Origin: a virus
Virus record (IMG/VR): IMGVR_UViG_3300034062_002410
Location: 1-64,000 of that record
Strand: one strand, 5' to 3'
Length of the DNA: 64,000 nt
Part shown: piece after piece, positions 8,901 through 17,340 of the stretch
Layout of the letters: every line of letters starts with the position of its first letter
Numbering within the stretch: position 1 is the first letter of the stretch
Position numbers and translations under genes: made by a program
The notes under the pieces: generated by a model
Seen by the model: the letters and a program-made list of their open reading frames with translations, nothing else
Told to the model about the DNA's origin: nothing
The model's database searches: none

Positions 8901-10610
8901 ACTGCATTAAGACAAAGTACTAATAATGAATGTGGTGCATTGTTTTCTGAAGCTATTCCTGCTGCTGAATACTTTAGGTCTAAGATAATGTACTTTAGTT
9001 ATGATGAAGAAAAATGGTTACCTAGAGGTGCACCATGTCCAGAACCTTATCATTATAATGTAGACTTTTCAAGAATGGCTAAAGAAAAAATTTACTTTCC
9101 TTTAGTTAGTAATTATAATTGTTGTTCAGAATGTTTAGAAAGTTTTCCATCAAGAGTATATTATTCTGAACAAAGTTTCTCTGAAGAAAATGGAGATAAT
9201 TTTAGAGTTATACTCCCTAACAATTACAGAGATATAGAAGCTCAACATGGTGGCATTACTGATTTATTAAGAAAGAATAATAACCTTTTAATCTTTACTG
9301 AAGAATGTTTATGGAACTTACCACAAAATGTACAACAACAAACTGTAAATGAAATAGTTACATTTTTAGGTACTGGTAGTTATTTTTCTATACCACCAAG
9401 AAAATTAGTAGATTCAGATATGGGTAGTGCAGGTACTAGACATAAATGGTCAGTAACTAAATCACCATTAGGAGTAGTTTATGTATCTGAAATAGAAAAA
9501 GCAGTTTACTTAATTGGAGGACAAGAAGGAATACAAAATATTTCTAATCAAGGAATGTATAATTGGTTTACTGAAAATACTTTATCTTATTTAGCTACTC
9601 AATTTTTTAATCTTACTGATGAAGTATTTCCTAATCTTAACAATCCTAATAATCCTAATGGTATAGGTATTCATGGCATATATGACCCAAGACATCAAAG
9701 GATTATTTTAACTAAGAGAGATTACTTAATTAACCCTAATTATGTAGATACTTTTCAAACAATAAGTATTGAAGCAGGTTATTTAGGATTAGTGTCTGGT
9801 AAGTTATACTTTGATATTGATGACAATAGGTTTGTGAGATACAATGGTGGTTTAAGTTTTACTACTGTATCATTTACAAATGATATATTTTTTGAAGATA
9901 AATCTTATACTATTAGTTTTTCATTATTGAGTAATTCATGGGTGTCATTTCATTCTTATTTACCATTGTTTTATTATAGTGACCATTATACTTTTTACTC
10001 TTCTATATCTAATTCAATCTATAAACATAATATAATAGGTAGTCATCAAAAGTATTATGATGTATTGTATTCTCATATTATTGAAACTGTATCAGTATCT
10101 AATCCTATGACAACAAGATTATGGTCAGATATACTTTTAGAAACTTATGCAAGAACATGGAATGTTGTAACTCAAGATTATTATGACATTAGAAATGTAA
10201 CATTTAACTATCTTACTTTGTATAATAGTAGACAAGTATCAGGAGAATTAAATATGGTAGTTAAAGATACTCAAGCTAATCCTCAAGATTATTATGAGCA
10301 ACAAACTACTAATTCTAATACATCAATAGTTATAGATAGAAAAGAAAGAGATTGGCATATCAATGATTTTAGAGATATGAGAATTAATTATTTAATATCA
10401 ATGTTTACTAAAGCATGGACTAGTATAGCATCTCAATATCCTATTGATAAAGTAGTTAATCCTCCAGTAATAAATATTAATAAAGATTGGTATCAACAAG
10501 AAAGTTTTAGAGATAAATATTTAATTATAAGATTAAGATTTACTAATTTTGAGGATGTAGAATTAACTACTAACTTTGTTATTGAAACTGAACAACAATC
10601 TTTCAGATAA
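5913..10610 (+). CDS. tail stabilization/muzzle protein (P22 gp10-like, crAss-like)
   Basis: 1565 aa; N-terminal KGMVQD...YRYALNAV, YFTDGLNPVR, GEVYAFGIVY, IRHHRFP and WVSFHSYLP motifs; canonical position in the block. Confidence 0.8.
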   Translation: MEKNVNRPNKGMVQDNNPVDQPKETYRYALNAVNETNDGNRNLLNNEKSNEQCWELPLGFYPIGSCYTINNEILIFSVSGITSAIGIVKDCTYTEILNSECLGFSIEHQIDCTYRIKNGCERIFYFTDGLNPVRQVNIDTLDSYYSDAYIAWLANPIGPFVGEKYNCDLFALLSPYQIPCFADVQVLNGGQLLSGSYNFAIQYEDDNGNSTNWVTISRPVNIYLDSQYLPYLNIFGSSNLESDALGGTAVVTNKAIQLSISNLDTSFVVYRVACIRATSFTGLVTAAVVSPNIPITQNTFIYNGNPNGFTELEPNDITLGRLNLEYAEHIEQLENRLLVANTKGKQVNFCGFQKYASKIASHYIIKDVTDTNALDEGNPKNPLSPFECVGFMGGEVYAFGIVYVFKDGFESPAYHIPGPPVNKRWDWNTNNCVDIVTEYGVTPDNEYVFPWNQDIEHIVPLALAANYDLGLLPKVEKWRVYETAIDVNPGDSGQMAYWQCLNNYYPELESCDSGEYWGVDFCGDAIVNNPIRHHRFPSRTLEPHVDNDAGVETYYAIQVTIEIVTAWPVGVPDINLTTGYEVNLVPQTPIITNVEEADFISGVYTTNIVTINADSPTDISAILGSGDFFTTYAADFTVTYSVVFAYDVPYNGSTLKVLGVKFDNVEYPHPDIVGHYFVRAERDDFNRTILDSGIAGRMRGTATDAFSYITFSYFTRNNTGGGDYHYAFTPKFLYQRQNLRPEYTKVELEFLFDRKALSYIKEDGVGSFIVDTDTIIECRGQFYSGTDDTNGGTNHATYNIMTLNGASFEDTFAPGNRIYNTSLINNIQVLKTRQLPRNNNDIPYITYRVERDVHSNLDSISYYKMHNCVINSETVQPNIFAGDVYITQFKLTNTLYREFFNGIIGGILGVLAIAVAATLTILTFGATTPLLIGAIVLASIGITATAIGNTVNAMKETNLDQTVTDNELDGLVSSADSFTAYANEYLLGVYVESEINTALRQSTNNECGALFSEAIPAAEYFRSKIMYFSYDEEKWLPRGAPCPEPYHYNVDFSRMAKEKIYFPLVSNYNCCSECLESFPSRVYYSEQSFSEENGDNFRVILPNNYRDIEAQHGGITDLLRKNNNLLIFTEECLWNLPQNVQQQTVNEIVTFLGTGSYFSIPPRKLVDSDMGSAGTRHKWSVTKSPLGVVYVSEIEKAVYLIGGQEGIQNISNQGMYNWFTENTLSYLATQFFNLTDEVFPNLNNPNNPNGIGIHGIYDPRHQRIILTKRDYLINPNYVDTFQTISIEAGYLGLVSGKLYFDIDDNRFVRYNGGLSFTTVSFTNDIFFEDKSYTISFSLLSNSWVSFHSYLPLFYYSDHYTFYSSISNSIYKHNIIGSHQKYYDVLYSHIIETVSVSNPMTTRLWSDILLETYARTWNVVTQDYYDIRNVTFNYLTLYNSRQVSGELNMVVKDTQANPQDYYEQQTTNSNTSIVIDRKERDWHINDFRDMRINYLISMFTKAWTSIASQYPIDKVVNPPVININKDWYQQESFRDKYLIIRLRFTNFEDVELTTNFVIETEQQSFR

Positions 10611-13600
10611 TGAGTAAGCAAAAGAAAAAAAATAGTAATAATAAATTTAATACTAAATTAAATCCATTAGAGTTTGAAAGTTTTAATAAACATGCAGGAT
10701 TATTTTCTTCATTATTAAATGATAAAATAGATTATGATACTCAAGGATTTTACAAAGATATTTATAATACTTACAAAGGAGATTTTAATGCAATAACAAC
10801 TGCTTTAACTCCTGGTTCTGAAACTGAACATATAGGATTTGATAAATATAAAAAACCTAATCATCCTACATTTTCAAAAGAATCTAAATATTACATTCCT
10901 TTATTAAGAAATGCAGGTACTTGGGAAGATAATTATTTTAATGCTGCTAATAGAAATATTAGAAACATGAATAAAGGATATGGTTCTCCAATGAATTATA
11001 TGCAATGGGCAGAAGATTATGATGCTAATGGTATTCCTGATGTAGGATTAAAACAAAGAGGTAAAATATTAATTCAACCTGAACAAAAAGCTATGGGTGG
11101 TATGATTAAAAGAAAAGATGGTTCATATTCTCAAAGAGGTCTTTGGGATAATATTAGAGCAAATAAAGGTTCAGGTAAAAAGCCTACTAAGGAAATGCTT
11201 GCTCAAGAAAAGAAAATTAAAAAGAAAATGGCTGTTGGTGGAGTAATAAATCCTAATCCAATTGACCCACCAAATTATAAAGATAGACTTCAACAATATT
11301 TATCTTTATCTCCTGAATATAGAAATATGTTTACAGCAAGGTCACCATTAGAATATGGATTATCAACTAATGGACTTGATGCAGGAATGTATTTTAATCC
11401 AATGACAAATATGCCAGGAATGTATGGAGCATTGAACTTAAATAAAAAAGGATTTAATCTTGGTGCAGAAAAAAGAATTGGATTAGGAGAAAATACTACT
11501 GACATAAATGCAGGATATGGTAATGATAAATTTAATGTAAGTGGTAATTTAAAAAGAGGTACACAAGGAAATGAGTTTGGATTTTCAGCAGGATACAATA
11601 CTCCTAATTTAAATATAGATGCATCTTATTCTAATGCTGGAGGAATGCCTAATGTAAATGCTAATGTAGGTTTTAACAAAAATAATTTTAGAGGTGGATT
11701 AGGTTATGAATATAGTGGTGGTAATAGATTAACAGGTAATGTTGGATATTCTAAAGATGCTTATGATTTTGGAGTATCAGGAATGTATTCTCCAACAGAT
11801 TCTAATATTAATGCTAATCTTAATTATAAACTTGGTACAAGAAAAAAACAAAAAACAGAACCAATACCTTTAGCATTTAATACTCCTGAAGAAATTCAAA
11901 TGATAAAAGAAAGTGTAAATATAGATTCTAAGGAAGCTGCTGGACCTCCTAAAAAAGCTAATGGTGGTAAAATAACTAATAATATGAAAAAGAAAAAAAC
12001 TAAAACTCTACCTTTAGATAATAATTTACCTAAAGCATTTCTTGGTGCTATACTTGGTGGATTACCAACAGGTGCAGCTGGTGGATTATCAGGAGCTAGT
12101 GGTGCAGGAGGTGGAGTAGGTAGTTTATCAAATATGAATAACATGTCTTTATCAACTGCAGGTGGTCCATTAGGAGGAGTAATGAAAATGTTAAATGGTC
12201 CATTATCTCCATTGATGGGTATGACAATGAATGCTGTTACTAATATGACTGATGCTATAGTTAATCCTGAAAGAGAAAGAAGACCTGTATTACAAAATGC
12301 AGCAAGTTATACTTTTGATAATGGTGGAATAGTAGGTGGTCCAAAGAAAAAATATGTTAAAGTAAAAGGTAAAAGACTTGCAACAGATAGTCCTGAGTAT
12401 AAAGAATATTATGACCAAATGATGGCTGATAGAGCACAAGGTATTTATTATAATGCTGAAGCTCCAGAGGTAACTATTGGTGCAAAAAAAATGACAAAGA
12501 AAGAAAAGAAAAAAGCACAAGAAGAAAGATATAAAATGCTTGAAGCAGGATTTCAAGCAGGAACATTTGATGGACTTGATAATCAAGGAAATTATATTCC
12601 TTTTGAAGGAGGAAAACCTGGTATAGATGGTGCATTAAATATGGCAGTATTAGATTTTATAAATATGGGCAGAGAAGATTATGTTGATGGTCCTTTAGAA
12701 AATGTGGCTGAATATATTCCTTTACTTGGTTCAGCATTAAGTGTTGATGATTATACTTTAGCAAAAAGAGATTTAAAAGGAGAGAATAAAGAAGGTACAT
12801 TTAATAATGCAATTGATATGGCAGGAATTTTACCAATTGGTAAATATGGTAATTTATTTAAAATTCCAAAATATATTGAAATGGCTGCTGATGCTGCAGG
12901 TTTGTATGGTACAGCTAAAGATTTATATCAAGATAATATATCTCCAATGTTATTACCAAATGAAACTGCTAGAATACCTAAAGATTATGATATGAATCAA
13001 AAATTATTTGATTATCAAAAAAATCAATCTAAAACACCTCAAATTCCTATGGTAGGTTTAGAAGATGAATATGCTTATGGTGGTATGATAGACCCATCAA
13101 TGTATATGCAACAAATGATGTATGGTTCTTATGCACAAGGTGGACAAGTACCTCAAAATATTCCTGTTGAAGTAGAGGGACAAGAAATGTATGAAATGCC
13201 TAATGGACAGATGGGAGAGTTTCAAGGACCAAGTCATGAGAATGGTGGAATACCTGTTGCATTACCTGAGGGTACTAAAGTATATTCTGATAGACTTAAA
13301 GTAAATGGTAAAACTATGGCTGACAGAAAAGATAAAAGAGAAAGAAATATTGCTAAGCTTGAAAAGCTTCTTACTAAAAATCCTAATGATAAGTTTGTAA
13401 AAGAAGCATTAAAAAGACAACAGGAAACTGCATCTTTAGAAGAGCAAAGTGATATGGCTATGCAAGAACAAGCTAATCAACAACAAGCTCAACAAGAACA
13501 GGCTATGATGCAAGAACAAATGATGGCTGGTTTAATGCAAGACCCTGCTATGATGCAACAAATGGGAATGATGATGTATGGTGGTAAACTTAATAAATAT

Positions 13601-14767
13601 GCTTATGGTGGAGAACCATGTGAACCTGGTTTTGTAAAAGATGCAAGTGGTAATTGTGTTCCTGCTCCTCGTGAAGTTAGTGGAGTAGATATTAATAAAG
13701 CATTTAGAAAAGGTGGTACTGGACAAATAGAACCTCCAGGTGTAAATCCTTATGATGTAATGAGTGATATAATGGGAAATACATTTGGAAATATTTCTCG
13801 TTCAAAAGACCCATATATTAATACTAAAGGTGGACTAATTCCTAATCCACTTTACAATGAAGTAATTAGTGATAAACTAATGCCTAATGAAGACCCTAAG
13901 AAACCTAAGAAACCTAATAAGTTTATGAATTGGTTAAACAATGCATTAGATGATACAGGTGATTTCTTTACAGGAATGTTTAGTGGAAATGGTAAACCTA
14001 AAAAAGAAAAAAGTGCTAAAACTGCAATTAATCCAGAAGATACTTATAATTTAACTGAAGGAGATAGAACAGGTATGTTTGGAACTTCAGTAGGTATGTA
14101 TGGGCCTGCAGCTATGACAATGTTAAATAGAATGGAAACTCCTAAAAATATAAACTTTTTTAGTACCTTTGGGCAAGATGCTTTAAGAACTCAAGAAGAA
14201 GCTGAAGGATTAGCAGGTATATCAAAAGATGAAGCTTATAGAAAAAATCTTATGAGAGCTAATGCTTTAAGAAAACAATTAGCAAATTCTGCTAGAGGAG
14301 TAGGTGATATTAGAAGTGGACAATTGAGTGCAGAGTTAGCTGAACAAGAAGGAGCAAGAGGAATATTAACTAACTACTTACAAGGTATGTCAGGATTAAA
14401 AGGTCAAAGAGCACAACTACAACAACAAATTGACCAAACAAGAATGGGTGGTGAATACCAAAGAGATTTGGCTGATAGACAAGATATTGACCAGTACTAT
14501 ACTAATCTTGCTGAGAATGTTGCTAATGCTTCTAACATGATACAAAAACAAGGTAGAGATTTAAATGTAGTACAATATAATAAAGATATAATGGCATTAT
14601 CTAAAGCTTATTCTAAGTATGGTGTATATGCAGTTAGGGACCCAAGAACAGGACTTTTAAATTTAGCACAAAAAGATGCTAATGGTAATGTAGTATATCT
14701 TTCTGAAGATGAAGTAAAACAACTACCTAAAGGAACTCAAACAACTACAGTAAAAGAAGATAAATAA
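10610..14767 (+). CDS. virion cargo/ejection protein (crAss-like C1-type)
   Basis: Follows the muzzle gene; EVEGQEM...GPSHENGGI motif, repeated x-x-x-GG motifs, Q/M-rich low-complexity tract and C-terminal coiled coil. Confidence 0.7.
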   Translation: MSKQKKKNSNNKFNTKLNPLEFESFNKHAGLFSSLLNDKIDYDTQGFYKDIYNTYKGDFNAITTALTPGSETEHIGFDKYKKPNHPTFSKESKYYIPLLRNAGTWEDNYFNAANRNIRNMNKGYGSPMNYMQWAEDYDANGIPDVGLKQRGKILIQPEQKAMGGMIKRKDGSYSQRGLWDNIRANKGSGKKPTKEMLAQEKKIKKKMAVGGVINPNPIDPPNYKDRLQQYLSLSPEYRNMFTARSPLEYGLSTNGLDAGMYFNPMTNMPGMYGALNLNKKGFNLGAEKRIGLGENTTDINAGYGNDKFNVSGNLKRGTQGNEFGFSAGYNTPNLNIDASYSNAGGMPNVNANVGFNKNNFRGGLGYEYSGGNRLTGNVGYSKDAYDFGVSGMYSPTDSNINANLNYKLGTRKKQKTEPIPLAFNTPEEIQMIKESVNIDSKEAAGPPKKANGGKITNNMKKKKTKTLPLDNNLPKAFLGAILGGLPTGAAGGLSGASGAGGGVGSLSNMNNMSLSTAGGPLGGVMKMLNGPLSPLMGMTMNAVTNMTDAIVNPERERRPVLQNAASYTFDNGGIVGGPKKKYVKVKGKRLATDSPEYKEYYDQMMADRAQGIYYNAEAPEVTIGAKKMTKKEKKKAQEERYKMLEAGFQAGTFDGLDNQGNYIPFEGGKPGIDGALNMAVLDFINMGREDYVDGPLENVAEYIPLLGSALSVDDYTLAKRDLKGENKEGTFNNAIDMAGILPIGKYGNLFKIPKYIEMAADAAGLYGTAKDLYQDNISPMLLPNETARIPKDYDMNQKLFDYQKNQSKTPQIPMVGLEDEYAYGGMIDPSMYMQQMMYGSYAQGGQVPQNIPVEVEGQEMYEMPNGQMGEFQGPSHENGGIPVALPEGTKVYSDRLKVNGKTMADRKDKRERNIAKLEKLLTKNPNDKFVKEALKRQQETASLEEQSDMAMQEQANQQQAQQEQAMMQEQMMAGLMQDPAMMQQMGMMMYGGKLNKYAYGGEPCEPGFVKDASGNCVPAPREVSGVDINKAFRKGGTGQIEPPGVNPYDVMSDIMGNTFGNISRSKDPYINTKGGLIPNPLYNEVISDKLMPNEDPKKPKKPNKFMNWLNNALDDTGDFFTGMFSGNGKPKKEKSAKTAINPEDTYNLTEGDRTGMFGTSVGMYGPAAMTMLNRMETPKNINFFSTFGQDALRTQEEAEGLAGISKDEAYRKNLMRANALRKQLANSARGVGDIRSGQLSAELAEQEGARGILTNYLQGMSGLKGQRAQLQQQIDQTRMGGEYQRDLADRQDIDQYYTNLAENVANASNMIQKQGRDLNVVQYNKDIMALSKAYSKYGVYAVRDPRTGLLNLAQKDANGNVVYLSEDEVKQLPKGTQTTTVKEDK

Positions 14768-14769
14768 TT

Positions 14770-17322
14770 ATGGGAAGATTTTATAAAACAGCAAGTCCAC
14801 AAATGGTGGACTTTATGTATAAGATTCCTGAACAAGCTTTATATAAAGCAATTGAAGGAGTTGATAAACAAATAGATACTGAATATTTATATAAAACAGA
14901 AGCTGAAAAGTTACTGCAAAAGAAAGCTTTATCTCCTGATGAACAAGAACAAAAAGAGATTCTTGAAGGTTACCAAAAAGGAATTGATGAAGTATCTCAA
15001 TTGCTTTCTACAAGTTCTTTAAGTGCCTTAAAAGATAAACAAAGAATTAGAGATTTACAATCTAAAATATATCAGGATGTAACAAGAGGTAAACTTGCTG
15101 CACAATATGCTAATTATGATATAAGGGCAAAGCATTATGCAGAAGAATTAAAAAGAGCTACTGATAAAGATGGTAATATCAGAATAGAAGATGTAAATAG
15201 AGCAATGGCAGAATTTGACAGAAAATATGCTGAAGAAAAAAAAGATGAACAAGGAAATATAATTGAAAAAGGTGGAGTAAACTATAACCCTGTTACTGGT
15301 AAATACAGAAGTTATAGTCCTGAAAAACTTGTAAACTTTTATGATAAAAAAGAAGAATTTGAAAAAATAGCAAAAGATTGGAAACCAAGTACTGATACTG
15401 ATATAACAAAAGAAAAACTAGTAGGTAATTATTATGTTACTACAAGAGAAAAAGATAAATTGTTACCAATAAATGAATTAACTTGGGGTATTTATAACAC
15501 AGCGTTATATGACCAAAAAGCTACAAGTTATAATGACCAACAAATTAAACTTCTTGGACAAGGTAATGAAAAACTAACACAAGAAGCTTTTACTAGATTA
15601 TATGGTGAAAGAGTAGACCCTATGAATAGATTTTCTCCATTTAAAATGGAAGAAGTAAAAGATGCTGAAGGTAAAACTGTAATGCAGAAAGTTAAAAAAA
15701 TAAAAGATGGAAAAGAAGTAGAAGAAGAAGTACCTGTAACAAGAATGGCTAATCCTGGTGAATTATTTTTAGCTGCTCAAGCTGCTGCTGATAAACAAGA
15801 TATTAAAGAAATAGTAAGAAGTGAAACATTAGACTTGACTGAAGCAGCAAAAATGCAACTTGATATTAGTAAAGAAAAACAATTAAGAGATGATGAAGAA
15901 AGAAGAAAAGCTTTAGAAAAAGTTACATTTAATAATAACAATGCAGAAGTAAAAGAAATAGTAATTGCACAAAAAAATAATAAAGAAGCAAGAGCAGCAT
16001 TAGATGATATGAAGAGTAATACTATAAAAAGTGTTACTGATAAAGGTTTAGAATTAATAAATGTAATTAATAATAGTAATAAACCTGCTAAAGAAAAAGA
16101 AAGGTTACTTGAACAACTTAAAAACATAATGAAACCTTTAGAAGCTGAAGCAAAAGATTTAAAGACATTAGATTTTTCTGCATTGAAAAACTTCCTTGTA
16201 AGTAATAAAATAACAGGGGCAGGAGATGTTGCTACTGGTATTGATGGTCTTAGTGAAAGTTATAATCAATCAGCTATTGATTATAAAAATAAAAATGAAC
16301 ATTATATGGCATTATATAATATATCAAAACCTAAAGATTTTAATAAATCAGAACAAGGCATAAAAGATATTGAAGCAGAGGTAATAAAATTATACAATGA
16401 ATATGAAAGACTAAGTAAAAAATCTAATAACCTTCGAACAGTTGCAGATACAAGAGCAATAAAAGATGCTTTTAAAAAGTATGAAGAAGAAAAGAAAAAA
16501 TTAGAAACTGCAAAAACAAAACATCAAGAATTAATATCAACATGGAATAAAGATTTTGATGCTAAGTTAGATTACAATAATAAAGATGGTGGAAATAGCA
16601 ATACAACAGTTATATTTTCTTCTGGAGGAAGTGGGTTAGATAAAGTATTACCTCAAAATGTATTTACAGGATTTGTTAATGCATTAACAAGTATTACTGC
16701 TGGTAATTTATTTCCTCACTTATTAAGTGGAACAAATTCAGTAGTAGTTACAAAAGGAAAATCTGAACCAATTAGTTTTAATAAATTATTAGAAAATAAT
16801 AATATAAATACAGAACTGTTTAGTACTTTAAAAGATGGAGAAAAAATTGAAATTGAAGGTGGAAAAACTATGACACTTAATTTAGGCTCAACAAGAGTAG
16901 TTCCAGGAGATGCAAAGTTTATGGTTAAAGATAATAATGGTCAAGTTCAAGAGAAAAAAATAGGTAGAGGTTCTCTTCAAGTAACATTGACTATTTATAA
17001 TCCAAAAACAGAAAAAACTGAAATTAGTGAAATTTATATTCCAAAAGATGAAGTAAGTAATGATAATTTAAGAGCAGGTTCAAATTATCTTGAAAAACAT
17101 TATGAACCTAATGATATTAAAAATAAAGCTCATACTCAATTTGGAGCTTTAAGTAAGCAACAAAATTGGACAGAAGAACAAAAAGAAAATTACAAATTTA
17201 CATTTAATGGTGGTTTATATTATCCTCATAAAGATAAATGGGTATTTGATAATGACCCTACTGTACCAAAATATGATGAAGCTGCTCTTGCATATTATAG
17301 AAATATAAAAGGTTATAAATAA
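14770..17322 (+). CDS. virion cargo/ejection protein
   Basis: 850 aa, helical and charged, MGRFY N-terminus, located between cargo 1 and the RNAP gene. Confidence 0.6.
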   Translation: MGRFYKTASPQMVDFMYKIPEQALYKAIEGVDKQIDTEYLYKTEAEKLLQKKALSPDEQEQKEILEGYQKGIDEVSQLLSTSSLSALKDKQRIRDLQSKIYQDVTRGKLAAQYANYDIRAKHYAEELKRATDKDGNIRIEDVNRAMAEFDRKYAEEKKDEQGNIIEKGGVNYNPVTGKYRSYSPEKLVNFYDKKEEFEKIAKDWKPSTDTDITKEKLVGNYYVTTREKDKLLPINELTWGIYNTALYDQKATSYNDQQIKLLGQGNEKLTQEAFTRLYGERVDPMNRFSPFKMEEVKDAEGKTVMQKVKKIKDGKEVEEEVPVTRMANPGELFLAAQAAADKQDIKEIVRSETLDLTEAAKMQLDISKEKQLRDDEERRKALEKVTFNNNNAEVKEIVIAQKNNKEARAALDDMKSNTIKSVTDKGLELINVINNSNKPAKEKERLLEQLKNIMKPLEAEAKDLKTLDFSALKNFLVSNKITGAGDVATGIDGLSESYNQSAIDYKNKNEHYMALYNISKPKDFNKSEQGIKDIEAEVIKLYNEYERLSKKSNNLRTVADTRAIKDAFKKYEEEKKKLETAKTKHQELISTWNKDFDAKLDYNNKDGGNSNTTVIFSSGGSGLDKVLPQNVFTGFVNALTSITAGNLFPHLLSGTNSVVVTKGKSEPISFNKLLENNNINTELFSTLKDGEKIEIEGGKTMTLNLGSTRVVPGDAKFMVKDNNGQVQEKKIGRGSLQVTLTIYNPKTEKTEISEIYIPKDEVSNDNLRAGSNYLEKHYEPNDIKNKAHTQFGALSKQQNWTEEQKENYKFTFNGGLYYPHKDKWVFDNDPTVPKYDEAALAYYRNIKGYK

Positions 17323-17340
17323 TTAAATAAATATATAAGT

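Noticed and set aside
13440-13580. Tandem DNA repeat element
   Set aside because: It reflects the Q/M/A-rich low-complexity coding sequence of cargo protein 1.
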